DNA of 64,000 nt from sequence record ON286972. One strand, given 5' to 3'. Every line of letters begins with the position of its first letter. Positions within the stretch are counted from its first letter, which is position 1. The notes beneath the pieces are model-generated. The model did no database searches, had not been told where the DNA came from, and was given only the letters and a program-made list of their open reading frames with translations. Positions 11,051 through 24,197 of this stretch are shown one piece after another. Source of the DNA: Escherichia phage A4. The position numbers were made by a program, and so were the translations under genes.

Positions 11051-11266
11051 ATGAAAGTTATTATTAATCCAGCATCAAACTTTTTTGGTGAGGTTTTCGG
11101 TGCAGACAGTATTGTGCATAATTTTCCACGAATTGAAATCGACGGAATTGAAGTCCAACGATATGGCAACCTGTACTATGTAATAGATGAAAATGGTTCT
11201 ATTGTACACGACAGTGCATTCTTTACTGAAGAAGAGATGAAACACTTGATAGTACTGGACAAATAA
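11051..11266 (+). CDS. hypothetical protein
   Basis: track ORF 10955..11266 trimmed to ATG after CGAGG SD. Confidence 0.45.
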   Translation: MKVIINPASNFFGEVFGADSIVHNFPRIEIDGIEVQRYGNLYYVIDENGSIVHDSAFFTEEEMKHLIVLDK

Positions 11267-11267
11267 A

Positions 11268-11453
11268 ATGACACTAGATGAATGGCATAAAAGAAACGAT
11301 AAACTGTATGAAAATGATATTTTCTTCTTCGCATTCGGTGGTCTTGGAAGTATTTTACGTGATAGTGATGATTATTACAATTCGATCATTAGCTATTATG
11401 ATTGCTATGGGACTATGTACGCTATAGCACGAACAACGGGATGTTACACATGA
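11268..11453 (+). CDS. small protein, MT-x-x-EW family (MTLDEWHK)
   Basis: ATG ORF; N-terminus related to MTHEEWL paralogs. Confidence 0.45.
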   Translation: MTLDEWHKRNDKLYENDIFFFAFGGLGSILRDSDDYYNSIISYYDCYGTMYAIARTTGCYT

Positions 11454-11632
11454 CACATCAAGAATGGTTAGATGAATTAAAATTCAAACATGATCATTTT
11501 GGCTTTGGTGTACGCCAGGGTCATTATGATATTTTAAAAGATAAGAACAAGTTCAAATCATTTGTCTTGGATGAGGATAGTAATCGCTGGTTCATCTATG
11601 AGCTTGCGGTTAGAGGTAAAAAAATTGACTAG
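11450..11632 (+). CDS. small protein, MTHEEWL family
   Basis: ATG overlapping upstream stop (ATGA); MTHQEWLDELKFKHDHFG...GHYDIL. Confidence 0.5.
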   Translation: MTHQEWLDELKFKHDHFGFGVRQGHYDILKDKNKFKSFVLDEDSNRWFIYELAVRGKKID

Positions 11633-11677
11633 TACTGATATATATGCTATTCTTTTGTTTTAAACAGGAGTTCAATA

Positions 11678-12177
11678 ATGCTCATTACGCATGTACCGGA
11701 AAGTATTACTGAAATTTTAAATAAAATTAATGTTAATGAGTTTGAACGAACAGTTCGAAAACAGGGTACTTATCACTATAAGCACAAAGATGGTGATCAT
11801 CAAATAAGCTTAGATCAGAATTATCAAACTCTAACAATTAAAATGGTTACTCGTTGGAATTTTGTTCGTAAAGACACTATTATCTGTGATTTTGGTAAAA
11901 GTCTACTTAGAAAATGTTTCTCTGAAACAAATGGTATCTATCCAAACCCGAATAGAATTTTTACATATCGATACATCACAGATGAAGATGCACATTTCCA
12001 AGAGAGCTTGGTATGCGATAATAAGTACTTTCCCGCATTTTCTGATAATTTGAAATTAAAAGAACTATATGACTATTTCTTGAATGACAATATCCTGTGG
12101 GATGAAGAATTAAAAAAACGACAGATAGAACGTGAAAAGAAAAAAGTATGGACTGGCTCACATTGGATGCAACGTAA

Positions 12178-12181
<4 letters not shown>
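11678..12181 (+). CDS. hypothetical protein (DEDAHFQES variant motif)
   Basis: ATG ORF with CAGGAG SD. Confidence 0.55.
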
Positions 12182-12671
<490 letters not shown>

Positions 12672-12688
12672 TAATTAAAGGTTAAACC

Positions 12689-13067
<379 letters not shown>

Positions 13068-13068
13068 C

Positions 13069-14083
<1,015 letters not shown>

Positions 14084-14086
14084 TTC

Positions 14087-14242
<156 letters not shown>

Positions 14243-14270
14243 CAAAACGAAATGATAATAGGAAATTAAA

Positions 14271-14456
14271 ATGCAACTTTTAATTCTTTCAATATTGTAT
14301 ATTATTATAATGGTTCCTATATCAATACGTTTAATTATACTTGAACGATTTTTATCGAAACATGGAAATAGATCTATGATATTTGTACCAATCGGGCTTA
14401 TATTGTTTGGTATATTTGCATTTATAATGGGAATTAACGCTACATTCATTTCATAG
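14271..14456 (+). CDS. small membrane protein
   Basis: ATG ORF with AGGAAA SD; two hydrophobic helices. Confidence 0.5.
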   Translation: MQLLILSILYIIIMVPISIRLIILERFLSKHGNRSMIFVPIGLILFGIFAFIMGINATFIS

Positions 14457-14465
14457 GAAACAAAT

Positions 14466-14947
<482 letters not shown>

Positions 14948-14954
14948 AAGAACG

Positions 14955-14987
<33 letters not shown>

Positions 14988-14988
14988 C

Positions 14989-15044
<56 letters not shown>

Positions 15045-15045
15045 T

Positions 15046-15231
<186 letters not shown>

Positions 15232-15295
15232 TCATTGAATGGGGTGTATTATGGTTCAAGAAGAAAACTGGGGTTTTTAACCTAACGAGGTCAAT

Positions 15296-15438
<143 letters not shown>

Positions 15439-15439
15439 A

Positions 15440-15570
<131 letters not shown>

Positions 15571-15571
15571 T

Positions 15572-16006
<435 letters not shown>

Positions 16007-16014
<8 letters not shown>

Positions 16015-16378
16015 TCTAATAGTACGTATAATGCAAGATGTTCGAAAGAACCTTTATACAGGCAATTTTGACGATTCGAACATTAAACTATTATGTTATG
16101 ATGGTTTTACCTTGGTACATCCATCTGAATCAAATAATATATACATATCATATACTTCCAAAAATCAATTATATCAATTATATCAATTTGATATATATAG
16201 CACAATGGCTAAAATAACTTTGGACGTATCCAAGCAGCCTATCCTTATCGCTGTACCAGAATGCAATTACACTGAAGAATCACTGTTTCAGTACTCAATG
16301 ATAAATGACATTGGCGACTTGACATTAGAAGAGATTAACGCTATACTAGATGTATCACGTTTGATTAATGCCTACTAA
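16007..16378 (+). CDS. hypothetical protein, EE-x-Y-F-Q family (TEESLFQYS)
   Basis: ATG ORF overlapping upstream stop; C-terminal tail similar to 15577 gene. Confidence 0.5.
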
Positions 16379-16391
16379 TTTGGAGATTAAT

Positions 16392-16583
16392 ATGTTCTGG
16401 AATTTGTTATGTCTTTTTGGTCGTACCTTTGTTCTTGCAATTATCCATACACCAGGTATTCGTAATTTTGTTTCTTATGAATTTAAGAAAAATTATCACA
16501 ACAATACTGAAGTTCGTGCCACTAAAATGTGCAAAGACTTCAATGTAACAGTACCACCATTTAAGAAGTACGAGGATGAATAA
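16392..16583 (+). CDS. small hypothetical protein
   Basis: track ORF 16368..16583 trimmed to ATG after GGAG SD. Confidence 0.4.
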   Translation: MFWNLLCLFGRTFVLAIIHTPGIRNFVSYEFKKNYHNNTEVRATKMCKDFNVTVPPFKKYEDE

Positions 16584-16861
16584 TGGAATTCATTGTAGCT
16601 CCTGAAGAACTCAAGACCTTTAAGTTCAAAGATAATTATACGTATTCAAATCATTCCTTGAATTCAATTCATGTAATTGCAATGGTTGCATCTGAATATA
16701 AAGATAACCCGTGTATTGATTTTAAAACCACTGATGGTGAATATACATGGGTGATCCCACGAGATAAATATAGTTATCAAGGGGCAGTAGAAATTCGTGA
16801 CTCGATTCTAAAACAAATCGAAGATGGACATACTCATCCTAAACTAAACATTCAGTACTGA
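16583..16861 (+). CDS. hypothetical protein
   Basis: ATG overlapping upstream stop, SD GAGGA. Confidence 0.5.
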   Translation: MEFIVAPEELKTFKFKDNYTYSNHSLNSIHVIAMVASEYKDNPCIDFKTTDGEYTWVIPRDKYSYQGAVEIRDSILKQIEDGHTHPKLNIQY

Positions 16862-17111
16862 AAATGTTATACCGATAGCTTCTGGAGCAGTACTGAATCC
16901 TCCTTTTTCTTTCAGAAGCTATCACATATTTTGTCGTAAAATGGTACTGTGAGTGGTTTGTCTTTCCATTCTCTCCAGGTCCAGTACCTATCATTGTAGT
17001 TCTGGAGAGATATAACATGTATAATGTTTTTTACCTCCTGTTTATCATTATATATGTCACTAAACGAGTAATAACTACCCTCCCTCTAGGTTATTACTTT
17101 TGATTTTGGTA

Positions 17112-17140
17112 TTGACTTTCAATGCCGCAAATGTTATACT
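17112..17140 (+). promoter_or_regulatory. sigma70-type promoter (TTGACT-N17-TATACT)
   Basis: hexamers in 330-bp noncoding region upstream of gene 17191. Confidence 0.45.
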
Positions 17141-17143
17141 TAA

Positions 17144-17172
17144 GGCTGATTCAAATTGAATCGGCCTTTTTT
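17144..17172 (+). terminator. terminator-like hairpin in 5' leader (GGCTGATTCAAATTGAATCGGCC + T-run), possible attenuator
   Basis: hairpin plus TTTTTTCTTTTT between promoter -10 and the SD of gene 17191. Confidence 0.4.
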
Positions 17173-17190
17173 CTTTTTAAGGAGAACACC

Positions 17191-17586
17191 ATGAATTTGG
17201 TTGTAGAAGACGATATCTTTTCCGATGCTATTGAGTATATGTACAATCTTGTTAGACTTAATGAATTTGTACAACGTCATACATTGACACATAAGGATGG
17301 GATTATTACTGTTGGTGCATACATTAATGGATACTTAACCGAGTTTTACAATTGTGATAACATTTTTATAACCATTGATAACATCACTACGACTAATGAC
17401 ATATCCATTGATTTATTCAAAGATCATATTGAAATTGATATAGACAAGATGATTGCCATCGATATCGATCCTGTAATGTATGAGTTACAAGAAGAAATGT
17501 ATGAGCAATTATGCTTTGTGTATGATTTGAGTAAAATTTCATTCTTTGACTTACGCAGAATCTGTTACGTAGTAGGTAAGTTATGA
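17191..17586 (+). CDS. hypothetical protein
   Basis: track ORF 17122..17586 trimmed to ATG after AAGGAG SD. Confidence 0.5.
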   Translation: MNLVVEDDIFSDAIEYMYNLVRLNEFVQRHTLTHKDGIITVGAYINGYLTEFYNCDNIFITIDNITTTNDISIDLFKDHIEIDIDKMIAIDIDPVMYELQEEMYEQLCFVYDLSKISFFDLRRICYVVGKL

Positions 17587-18056
17587 CAAATATACGTGAT
17601 GTATTAATGCAGTACGGTATCAGTGCTGAAATGCTTTCAGATGAAATTATTAAAAACTCTAAGATAGAATTTATGTTTAATAGACACCGTTATCCAGGTG
17701 TTTATATTAATCGATCCTGTTCATTAATTTACTTTGAATACATGGATGAATATGTTATCATTGAAGAAATCAAACTCAATGGATGGCACTGTACAATTGA
17801 GTTAACGAAACCAAGAACCAAGAACAAAATAGTGATTAGTATTAATATCTATTACGATATTAGTACTGAAGATGGAGCCTCACACTTTGTTCGAGTTTTG
17901 TCATCTGATGATAATTTAAAGTTAGATTATAAATCAGAAGAAGAATACTTTCAGGAAAGTTTAATCAATGATTTAGTTTTTGATTATAACTTTTATAAAG
18001 AACTATCAAAAAACTTCGTTGAATGTATCAAACTATATGAGGAAGAGGACGAATGA
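17583..18056 (+). CDS. hypothetical protein, EE-x-Y-F-Q family (SEEEYFQES)
   Basis: ATG overlapping upstream stop (ATGA). Confidence 0.55.
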   Translation: MTNIRDVLMQYGISAEMLSDEIIKNSKIEFMFNRHRYPGVYINRSCSLIYFEYMDEYVIIEEIKLNGWHCTIELTKPRTKNKIVISINIYYDISTEDGASHFVRVLSSDDNLKLDYKSEEEYFQESLINDLVFDYNFYKELSKNFVECIKLYEEEDE

Positions 18057-18472
18057 AAAATTATAAGTTAAGTACAGAATACAATGAAATGATCATCAAT
18101 GCACTTGATAATCATGGTGAGTTTCGTTATCCAGGTGAAGGATTGAACGTTTACTTCGGAGATGAAAACTGGTGCTATCTGAATAATGGTGTTCTGACTA
18201 TCCATATTCAGGATATTAAAAGTGATGTATCATTTGGAATTCACCTAGTTCCCGGTACATTGGTTAATGACGCACGTATCAATGTTATTGTCAATGAGAA
18301 CGAATTCTTTCATGATGATTTTGAAGATGTTAAAATGGCAGCTAGTAAGTTGTATACTACTGAAGAAGAGTACTTTCAGGATAGCACTGTGAAAGATATG
18401 CGAATCCCTTATGAGTTGATGGTTTCAGTACAGAAATTTATTGAGGATTTCAGATGCGATTTGATCAAGTAG
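18053..18472 (+). CDS. hypothetical protein, EE-x-Y-F-Q family (TEEEYFQDS)
   Basis: ATG overlapping upstream stop. Confidence 0.55.
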   Translation: MKNYKLSTEYNEMIINALDNHGEFRYPGEGLNVYFGDENWCYLNNGVLTIHIQDIKSDVSFGIHLVPGTLVNDARINVIVNENEFFHDDFEDVKMAASKLYTTEEEYFQDSTVKDMRIPYELMVSVQKFIEDFRCDLIK

Positions 18473-18921
18473 TTAATCGTGAGTACTTGGGTCGTATGGT
18501 GGGTGCTGCAATTGACATGATGGTAAAAAAGATGTGCCGTTATCATCCATCACAATGGAATGCTTCATATAGCATTGAGATATATGCATATAAACTTCAT
18601 GGGGCTGCAACTTCATTTGAGAAAATTCACTCATTGAGGCTTCACATGTACAGGGGAACCGAACGTACATACACTGTAATTGTGAATTCCGGTGGTGTTA
18701 CATTACATTTAACACCATTTAATGCTGTTAATTTGGATTTAAGTTCAGTTATTGAGAGCACAGAAATCTGTCACATTGAAGTTGGTGCTAATTATCATCC
18801 ATTAACCGAAGAACAGTACTTCCAGATTCAAACTCTACATGATATCCATGACTTGACATATGAAGAAATTCGTGATTTAATAAGATTAAGTGCAATGATT
18901 CCAAATAAGGGTACAGTGTGA
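18454..18921 (+). CDS. hypothetical protein, EE-x-Y-F-Q family (TEEQYFQIQ)
   Basis: ATG with GAGGA SD. Confidence 0.5.
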   Translation: MRFDQVVNREYLGRMVGAAIDMMVKKMCRYHPSQWNASYSIEIYAYKLHGAATSFEKIHSLRLHMYRGTERTYTVIVNSGGVTLHLTPFNAVNLDLSSVIESTEICHIEVGANYHPLTEEQYFQIQTLHDIHDLTYEEIRDLIRLSAMIPNKGTV

Positions 18922-19024
18922 ACGACCACATAACTGTCTGATTTGAATGGGTTGACATTTAACCAATGTAAAAGAATTGTTTCTATATGTAATCGAATTA
19001 CATATGAGTACACGGAGATATAAA

Positions 19025-19471
19025 ATGGCATTTGGTAACATTGAAGAAGTACAACTAGTATTTGAAAACTGTGAAGTTCAAAACTTCAAGTTCACTGACA
19101 TTCTGTACATGTATGTTGGTGATGAATCGCAACGTGCATATCGTTATGCTAATGGTTTGTCAATTGAATCAGTACTGAAGAAGTTTGCTATTGTCTTTAA
19201 GAAAGACACGGAGGCTGATTTTTACAACGGAACTTCATTGGTAGATCGCCTGTCAGAGCGTGATGTTACTCATGTTGTGTTCTTCGGTGCAAATGACAAA
19301 ATGGCATCATATGTCATTGACTGGGGTGAATATGATTCATGTAATATGCAGTACTCAATCAATCAGAGGTTGCAATTTACACCTGATGGACATATCATCT
19401 TCACAAGCAGTACAGAAGATATGATTAAGATTGATGCAGAAGAGATTGATTCTTTTGCGAGGTACATGTAA
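19025..19471 (+). CDS. hypothetical protein
   Basis: track ORF 18977..19471 trimmed to ATG after GGAGAT SD. Confidence 0.5.
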   Translation: MAFGNIEEVQLVFENCEVQNFKFTDILYMYVGDESQRAYRYANGLSIESVLKKFAIVFKKDTEADFYNGTSLVDRLSERDVTHVVFFGANDKMASYVIDWGEYDSCNMQYSINQRLQFTPDGHIIFTSSTEDMIKIDAEEIDSFARYM

Positions 19472-19935
19472 TGCGTCCAGTACTGAAAGATATTAAATCC
19501 AGGAAATATTTTCCTGGGTTTATGGAGTACATCATTGGGTTAGCTGAATCCAAGACTGGACAGAAAGTTGATATCCAACTCGGTGATGTACTGATTTGTG
19601 CAAGATCTTATCGTAATAATTTCATGGACATTTTTGAAAGATCCAATTCGATTCTTGCCTCTCTTGATTTAGAGGGCTATTTAAATGCTAAATTCGTATT
19701 GGATATATACAGTCATGGGTTTTCAATAAGACCTTATAATTCACATTACAATGATGATCCCAAAAACTTCTTTGTGCATGTAGAAAATGTTGACCAATTC
19801 ACTGACCTTAGTGATGAAAGTTACTTTCAGATGCAGGTGGCATATGACCTACAGGACTTGACACGTCAAGAAATCAATGCTATCCTCTATGTATGTTCTA
19901 AATTGAAAGAAAATGAGGTAAGCGGTCGTGTCTAA
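19471..19935 (+). CDS. hypothetical protein, EE-x-Y-F-Q family (SDESYFQMQ)
   Basis: ATG overlapping upstream stop (TAATG). Confidence 0.55.
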   Translation: MRPVLKDIKSRKYFPGFMEYIIGLAESKTGQKVDIQLGDVLICARSYRNNFMDIFERSNSILASLDLEGYLNAKFVLDIYSHGFSIRPYNSHYNDDPKNFFVHVENVDQFTDLSDESYFQMQVAYDLQDLTRQEINAILYVCSKLKENEVSGRV

Positions 19936-20356
19936 TACAGCAAAGATTAAAGTTCATTTTCGTGACACATGGAAAGACGTAGATACTGGTAACGTACTAA
20001 ATGTAGAATACAGTACAGAAACAGTTCATGCCGATGATATGGGAACGGCTAAAGCTCAAGCACAGAAACTGAAAGAAACCGAAGGTGTTGCCATTTTTGA
20101 AGGTGTTGAGCATACTCGTGAATGTATCAATGTAGATGTGATTACTGAAAATGTCACAGTACTATCAAAGGAACAGATGTTTGATTTCATTTTAAATCAC
20201 ACTGTATCTATTACACCAGACAACACACTTTGGACCAAAACTGATGGCACAAAGGTACGTAATAAGTACAAAGTTATAATTGATGGTATTAACTATCAGG
20301 GTTATGACCTGGTAGATGCAATAAATGAACATACTAGTAAGAGTAGAGGTTATTGA
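19928..20356 (+). CDS. hypothetical protein
   Basis: GTG start after GAGGTAAG SD. Confidence 0.5.
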   Translation: MSNTAKIKVHFRDTWKDVDTGNVLNVEYSTETVHADDMGTAKAQAQKLKETEGVAIFEGVEHTRECINVDVITENVTVLSKEQMFDFILNHTVSITPDNTLWTKTDGTKVRNKYKVIIDGINYQGYDLVDAINEHTSKSRGY

Positions 20357-20359
20357 AAA

Positions 20360-20683
20360 ATGTATGCTATAATTATCACTGTAATTTGTTGTGCTACTAT
20401 AATCATCTGCCGTTGTATTGAAAAGAATGCACACATTCGTGGTATGGAAATTGAAAAAGACCTATATACTGAAAACATAGCAGAAAAGAAACCACAATCT
20501 CCATATAAACTTCAGAGAGATATGCATAATGAGTCAAAAACATGGGGTTATTGCATTACTCAAAACGGTAGTCGTCTAACATCAAGTTCTGGACATTATC
20601 AAATCATCCATAACATTGATGAAGCAAAAGAACTTGTTTGGGAACTAGAGGATCTTGGTGGCTATGAAAGAACGAAATTTTGA
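20360..20683 (+). CDS. small membrane-anchored protein
   Basis: ATG ORF; N-terminal hydrophobic segment. Confidence 0.5.
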   Translation: MYAIIITVICCATIIICRCIEKNAHIRGMEIEKDLYTENIAEKKPQSPYKLQRDMHNESKTWGYCITQNGSRLTSSSGHYQIIHNIDEAKELVWELEDLGGYERTKF

Positions 20684-20867
20684 AATTTACAAAACAATTC
20701 AGGAATTAAACGTAAAGCATGATATAATGCTAGATGTAGACAATAAGATTGCTTACATGAAAAAAGAAACTGTTTCAATGCTTCAGAGATTTTCACAAAA
20801 AGCATTTTTAATGAAGTTCTGTGCAGATGAGCATCTCACGGGACGAAAACTCTATAACGAGGCATAA
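20664..20867 (+). CDS. hypothetical protein
   Basis: track ORF starts TTG; trimmed to ATG. Confidence 0.45.
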   Translation: MKERNFEIYKTIQELNVKHDIMLDVDNKIAYMKKETVSMLQRFSQKAFLMKFCADEHLTGRKLYNEA

Positions 20868-20868
20868 T

Positions 20869-21210
20869 ATGGATTTAAGCTCAACAATTAATTTTTTGAG
20901 TGATAATTACGAAAAGGTCATATCAAGGGGTGGTATTATTATCCACCCTGTAACAAATGAAATGTTCATGGTTCGCTTTGATGCAAATTCATATGACCAA
21001 GTACTTGTAATATCACAATTTATCGATTATAATGAAGTTGTTCAATTTTGCTGTACTGAATTCGGAATCTATCTTAAAGATGCGGAAACTAATGAGATTG
21101 GTCATTACTTATATCAAACTCTGATGGTTACTCTAGATTTTGGACTTACTTTCGAAAATCTGGTACAATGTCACTATATGTTTAAAAACTTTCCCGCGTC
21201 TGGGAATTAA
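20869..21210 (+). CDS. hypothetical protein
   Basis: track ORF 20821..21210 trimmed to ATG after CGAGG SD. Confidence 0.5.
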   Translation: MDLSSTINFLSDNYEKVISRGGIIIHPVTNEMFMVRFDANSYDQVLVISQFIDYNEVVQFCCTEFGIYLKDAETNEIGHYLYQTLMVTLDFGLTFENLVQCHYMFKNFPASGN

Positions 21211-21220
21211 TGGAGTTCAA

Positions 21221-22063
21221 ATGTCAAACATTATCGTATTCAAAACTGTATCATTCAATAAAGATCTTTATTCTCATTCTTATGTGTCTTCCAATAATCT
21301 CATCATTGAGTTGACAAATGGGGCAACGTTGGCGGTAGAATTCGATTCTAGTATTGAATCTAACGCTGCACTAAAAGAACTAGCAATGGTATTAAATGGT
21401 GAACCAGTAAACAAATCCAAACCAACTGATGGGTTGGATATGTTGGTCAATAAGATCCTAAATGGCAAATCTTCTGAAATTGTTGAACTTCTTAAAAATT
21501 GTACTGATAAAATCACTGAAACTGTTAGTACTGCAAAATCTAAGGCTGAAGATAAGCTTTATGAAGAAGCATTTAAAGTCGTGGGGGCCGCAGCAGAATC
21601 TAAGTTAAATGGTATGATTAATAATCTTGACCAAGTGCTGTCTCATATGTTCACAAAAGAATATGAAACTGAAGAACCTGAATCCCAAGAACAACCTTCC
21701 AAAAAAGAAGATGTAAAATCTAAAGTGAAATCCGCATTTACTGGTGCTAAAAAGAAATTTGGTCTATCTGAAGATATCTTTGGATATTCTGATACCACAG
21801 CACAAACCGATGATGATTCACAGTCAGATGATATTCTGATTGGTGATATGCTTGATCGCCAGTTGCGTGCTGAAATTTCAGCATTCGTTGACAGTGTTGT
21901 TAGTTCTGAACGTGCACAAGATATGTTCGAAAGTATCAGTAAGAATTTTGGTGAAGAAGAATCGAAAGCTGCTATTGATGGATTTAAAAATCTAATTTAT
22001 TCCGTTGCAGTGCAGCACCAAGATAAAACATTAGAATATGTGATTCGCAATTACTTTATGTAA
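21221..22063 (+). CDS. hypothetical acidic protein
   Basis: track ORF 21140..22063 trimmed to ATG after GGAG SD; followed by bidirectional terminator. Confidence 0.55.
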   Translation: MSNIIVFKTVSFNKDLYSHSYVSSNNLIIELTNGATLAVEFDSSIESNAALKELAMVLNGEPVNKSKPTDGLDMLVNKILNGKSSEIVELLKNCTDKITETVSTAKSKAEDKLYEEAFKVVGAAAESKLNGMINNLDQVLSHMFTKEYETEEPESQEQPSKKEDVKSKVKSAFTGAKKKFGLSEDIFGYSDTTAQTDDDSQSDDILIGDMLDRQLRAEISAFVDSVVSSERAQDMFESISKNFGEEESKAAIDGFKNLIYSVAVQHQDKTLEYVIRNYFM

Positions 22064-22071
22064 TGAGAACG

Positions 22072-22100
22072 AAAAAGCCTCCATATGGAGGCTTTTTTTA
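22072..22100. terminator. bidirectional rho-independent terminator between convergent genes
   Basis: hairpin AAAGCCTCC-ATAT-GGAGGCTTT flanked by A-run and T-run. Confidence 0.65.
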
Positions 22101-23255
22101 TTGTTTGTCATAACCAATCACTACAATCTTAGCATCAAATGCTTCGACAGAAGTAATTGTAACATTCTCATCATCATCAAGCTGAATTTCACATTGAACT
22201 GCATCATTGTTAATATCATATACTTGAACAAAAACAAATTCTTTCAAGTGTCCAGTACTGGATATATTAATTTCATACATTTCACCATTGCGTGTCCATT
22301 CAGAAGAAGAGACATTTTGTACATATGGAGATGTTTGTAATGTACTACCCAATATACTTAGTTTTATAGGTGTATTATCATATATTGTTACTGTAATATC
22401 ACCAGTGGAGCTAACATTAATGCCAGCAGATACCAAATTATTATGATTATCATATACCTGAATAGCTAAGTTATTACCACGCCCATGTACATCACCAGGG
22501 ATTCTTGCACTATACACATCACCAGGCCCAGTACTGAATGTAGTTACTGATACAGTAGTGGTAAAGCCGTCATCATCACCAACATCTAATATATTAAAAT
22601 TAACGCTTTTTGTATTATAAAAATCAGACGTAAGAGTTATAGTTGCAGTTCCGGTTGACATAATTTCCGGTACTGTTATAATGAATTCATCATTGACTAT
22701 TGTACTCGTTGAATACTCGGACCCATCTGAAAATTTTACAGTAATTGTCATTCCTGTTGTGTTGATGGTTTGTCCAGCATTGAACAGTTTACCCGATATT
22801 TCAGTATCCCCAACATGAACCGGATTAACTAAAATATTATCTATATCACGATCAATAATTGAACAAGTTGGTGTGTACATATCAAAAGTAACATCGGAGT
22901 TTCCAAATATCGTTTTGTGTAATTGGAATTTAGTTACAAACCCTGTTGGATCTGTAGGTTTCAATTGATTAGTGTATCCACGAACAAAGAAAGTATTCTT
23001 TGCAATAACATCCAATAATTCATCATCGGATTTTTTATAGTTAAGTAAATTTCCTACCTTATCATAAGAAGTAATTTGTACGCGTCTATATATTTTGTTT
23101 GTTACAGGATCTATAATATCAAATAGTTTATAACTACGCTGTCTGTAAATTCTTATATTTTTTAATTTGGTTCCATCGATTAGTAAAGCACCATCCACGA
23201 TATAACCACATTCACCGAACTTGTATTCTCCGGCATCAGCTATGGTTCTAGACAT
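22098..23255 (-). CDS. beta-rich, Thr/Ser-rich protein (candidate virion/structural protein)
   Basis: 385-aa minus-strand ORF with GAGGGG SD, isolated among + strand genes; composition typical of fibre/Ig-like domains (inference). Confidence 0.6.
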   Translation of the reverse strand: MSRTIADAGEYKFGECGYIVDGALLIDGTKLKNIRIYRQRSYKLFDIIDPVTNKIYRRVQITSYDKVGNLLNYKKSDDELLDVIAKNTFFVRGYTNQLKPTDPTGFVTKFQLHKTIFGNSDVTFDMYTPTCSIIDRDIDNILVNPVHVGDTEISGKLFNAGQTINTTGMTITVKFSDGSEYSTSTIVNDEFIITVPEIMSTGTATITLTSDFYNTKSVNFNILDVGDDDGFTTTVSVTTFSTGPGDVYSARIPGDVHGRGNNLAIQVYDNHNNLVSAGINVSSTGDITVTIYDNTPIKLSILGSTLQTSPYVQNVSSSEWTRNGEMYEINISSTGHLKEFVFVQVYDINNDAVQCEIQLDDDENVTITSVEAFDAKIVVIGYDKQ

Positions 23256-23320
23256 AAAACAAACCCCTCATTGTTGAAATGCTTATAAAATATTTATGAT
23301 AAGGAGGGTGAAAATCGGCC

Positions 23321-23348
23321 TTGACAGACCTGTATTTTTGAGTATAAT
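23321..23348 (+). promoter_or_regulatory. sigma70-type promoter (TTGACA-N16-TATAAT)
   Basis: hexamers upstream of gene 23377. Confidence 0.5.
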
Positions 23349-23376
23349 GTACATTAATAGTGAAAAGGAGTATTTT

Positions 23377-23961
23377 ATGAATGTATTAGAAAATCGTTTA
23401 ATTGTTAAAAATGGCAAGATGACTGTGAAACTATACTCTGATGAAGCAGATTCTTTCATGGCTAAAGCAATCGAAAAGTCTGAGCGATATCAAGTTCTTG
23501 CACCTGAAAACAAATCACCTTATGGGTTTAATCACGCTCATAGTCATTTTGTTGGAATGGTTTGTGAACACGCATCGTTTGTATTGTTCTCTGAAATTGA
23601 AGCCAGTACTGGTATTAAGTTAAACATTGATCCAGCATTCCAATGTGATGGACGTGATGGTGAATGTGACATTAAAGTAAATGGGTTGCGTATAGAAGTA
23701 AAAGGTATTAAGTATAAATCATGGAAAGACTTTGGTCCATGTGTCAGTACTCGACAATTGAAAAACATTCAGAAAAAAGCTGATGTTATTCTGTGGGTCT
23801 TGTATAATGAGAAAAAACAAGAATTTACGTTTGAGGGATTCAATTACGTAAAAGACATTAGTTCGATTCCAGTAGTATTAACAGGTGTACCAGGTCGTCC
23901 ATTAATTGAGAATCACCCAGTTATTAGTATTCTTAAGCCACTACAGGAGCTACCACTATGA
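23377..23961 (+). CDS. hypothetical protein (weak D...EVK nuclease-like motif)
   Basis: track ORF 23296..23961 trimmed to ATG downstream of promoter, AAGGAG SD. Confidence 0.5.
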   Translation: MNVLENRLIVKNGKMTVKLYSDEADSFMAKAIEKSERYQVLAPENKSPYGFNHAHSHFVGMVCEHASFVLFSEIEASTGIKLNIDPAFQCDGRDGECDIKVNGLRIEVKGIKYKSWKDFGPCVSTRQLKNIQKKADVILWVLYNEKKQEFTFEGFNYVKDISSIPVVLTGVPGRPLIENHPVISILKPLQELPL

Positions 23962-24197
23962 TTAAATGTAATATTGAAGTAAATGAATACACTACTAATC
24001 AATATAACGGTGAGAAAGAGTTTTCATTTAGTACAGTACAACATGTATTGAATTTCCCAGTACTTCCATCTATTGGTTCAGTACTGACAATCACAAATAC
24101 GTATGATACCCAGTACGAGATCCTTGATATTGAGTACAGAGCAAATCTTAGTTCCAGTGCAGATGTTGAAATCTATATCATCGTAGAAGAGGTATAA
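23958..24197 (+). CDS. hypothetical protein
   Basis: ATGA overlap with upstream stop. Confidence 0.5.
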   Translation: MIKCNIEVNEYTTNQYNGEKEFSFSTVQHVLNFPVLPSIGSVLTITNTYDTQYEILDIEYRANLSSSADVEIYIIVEEV

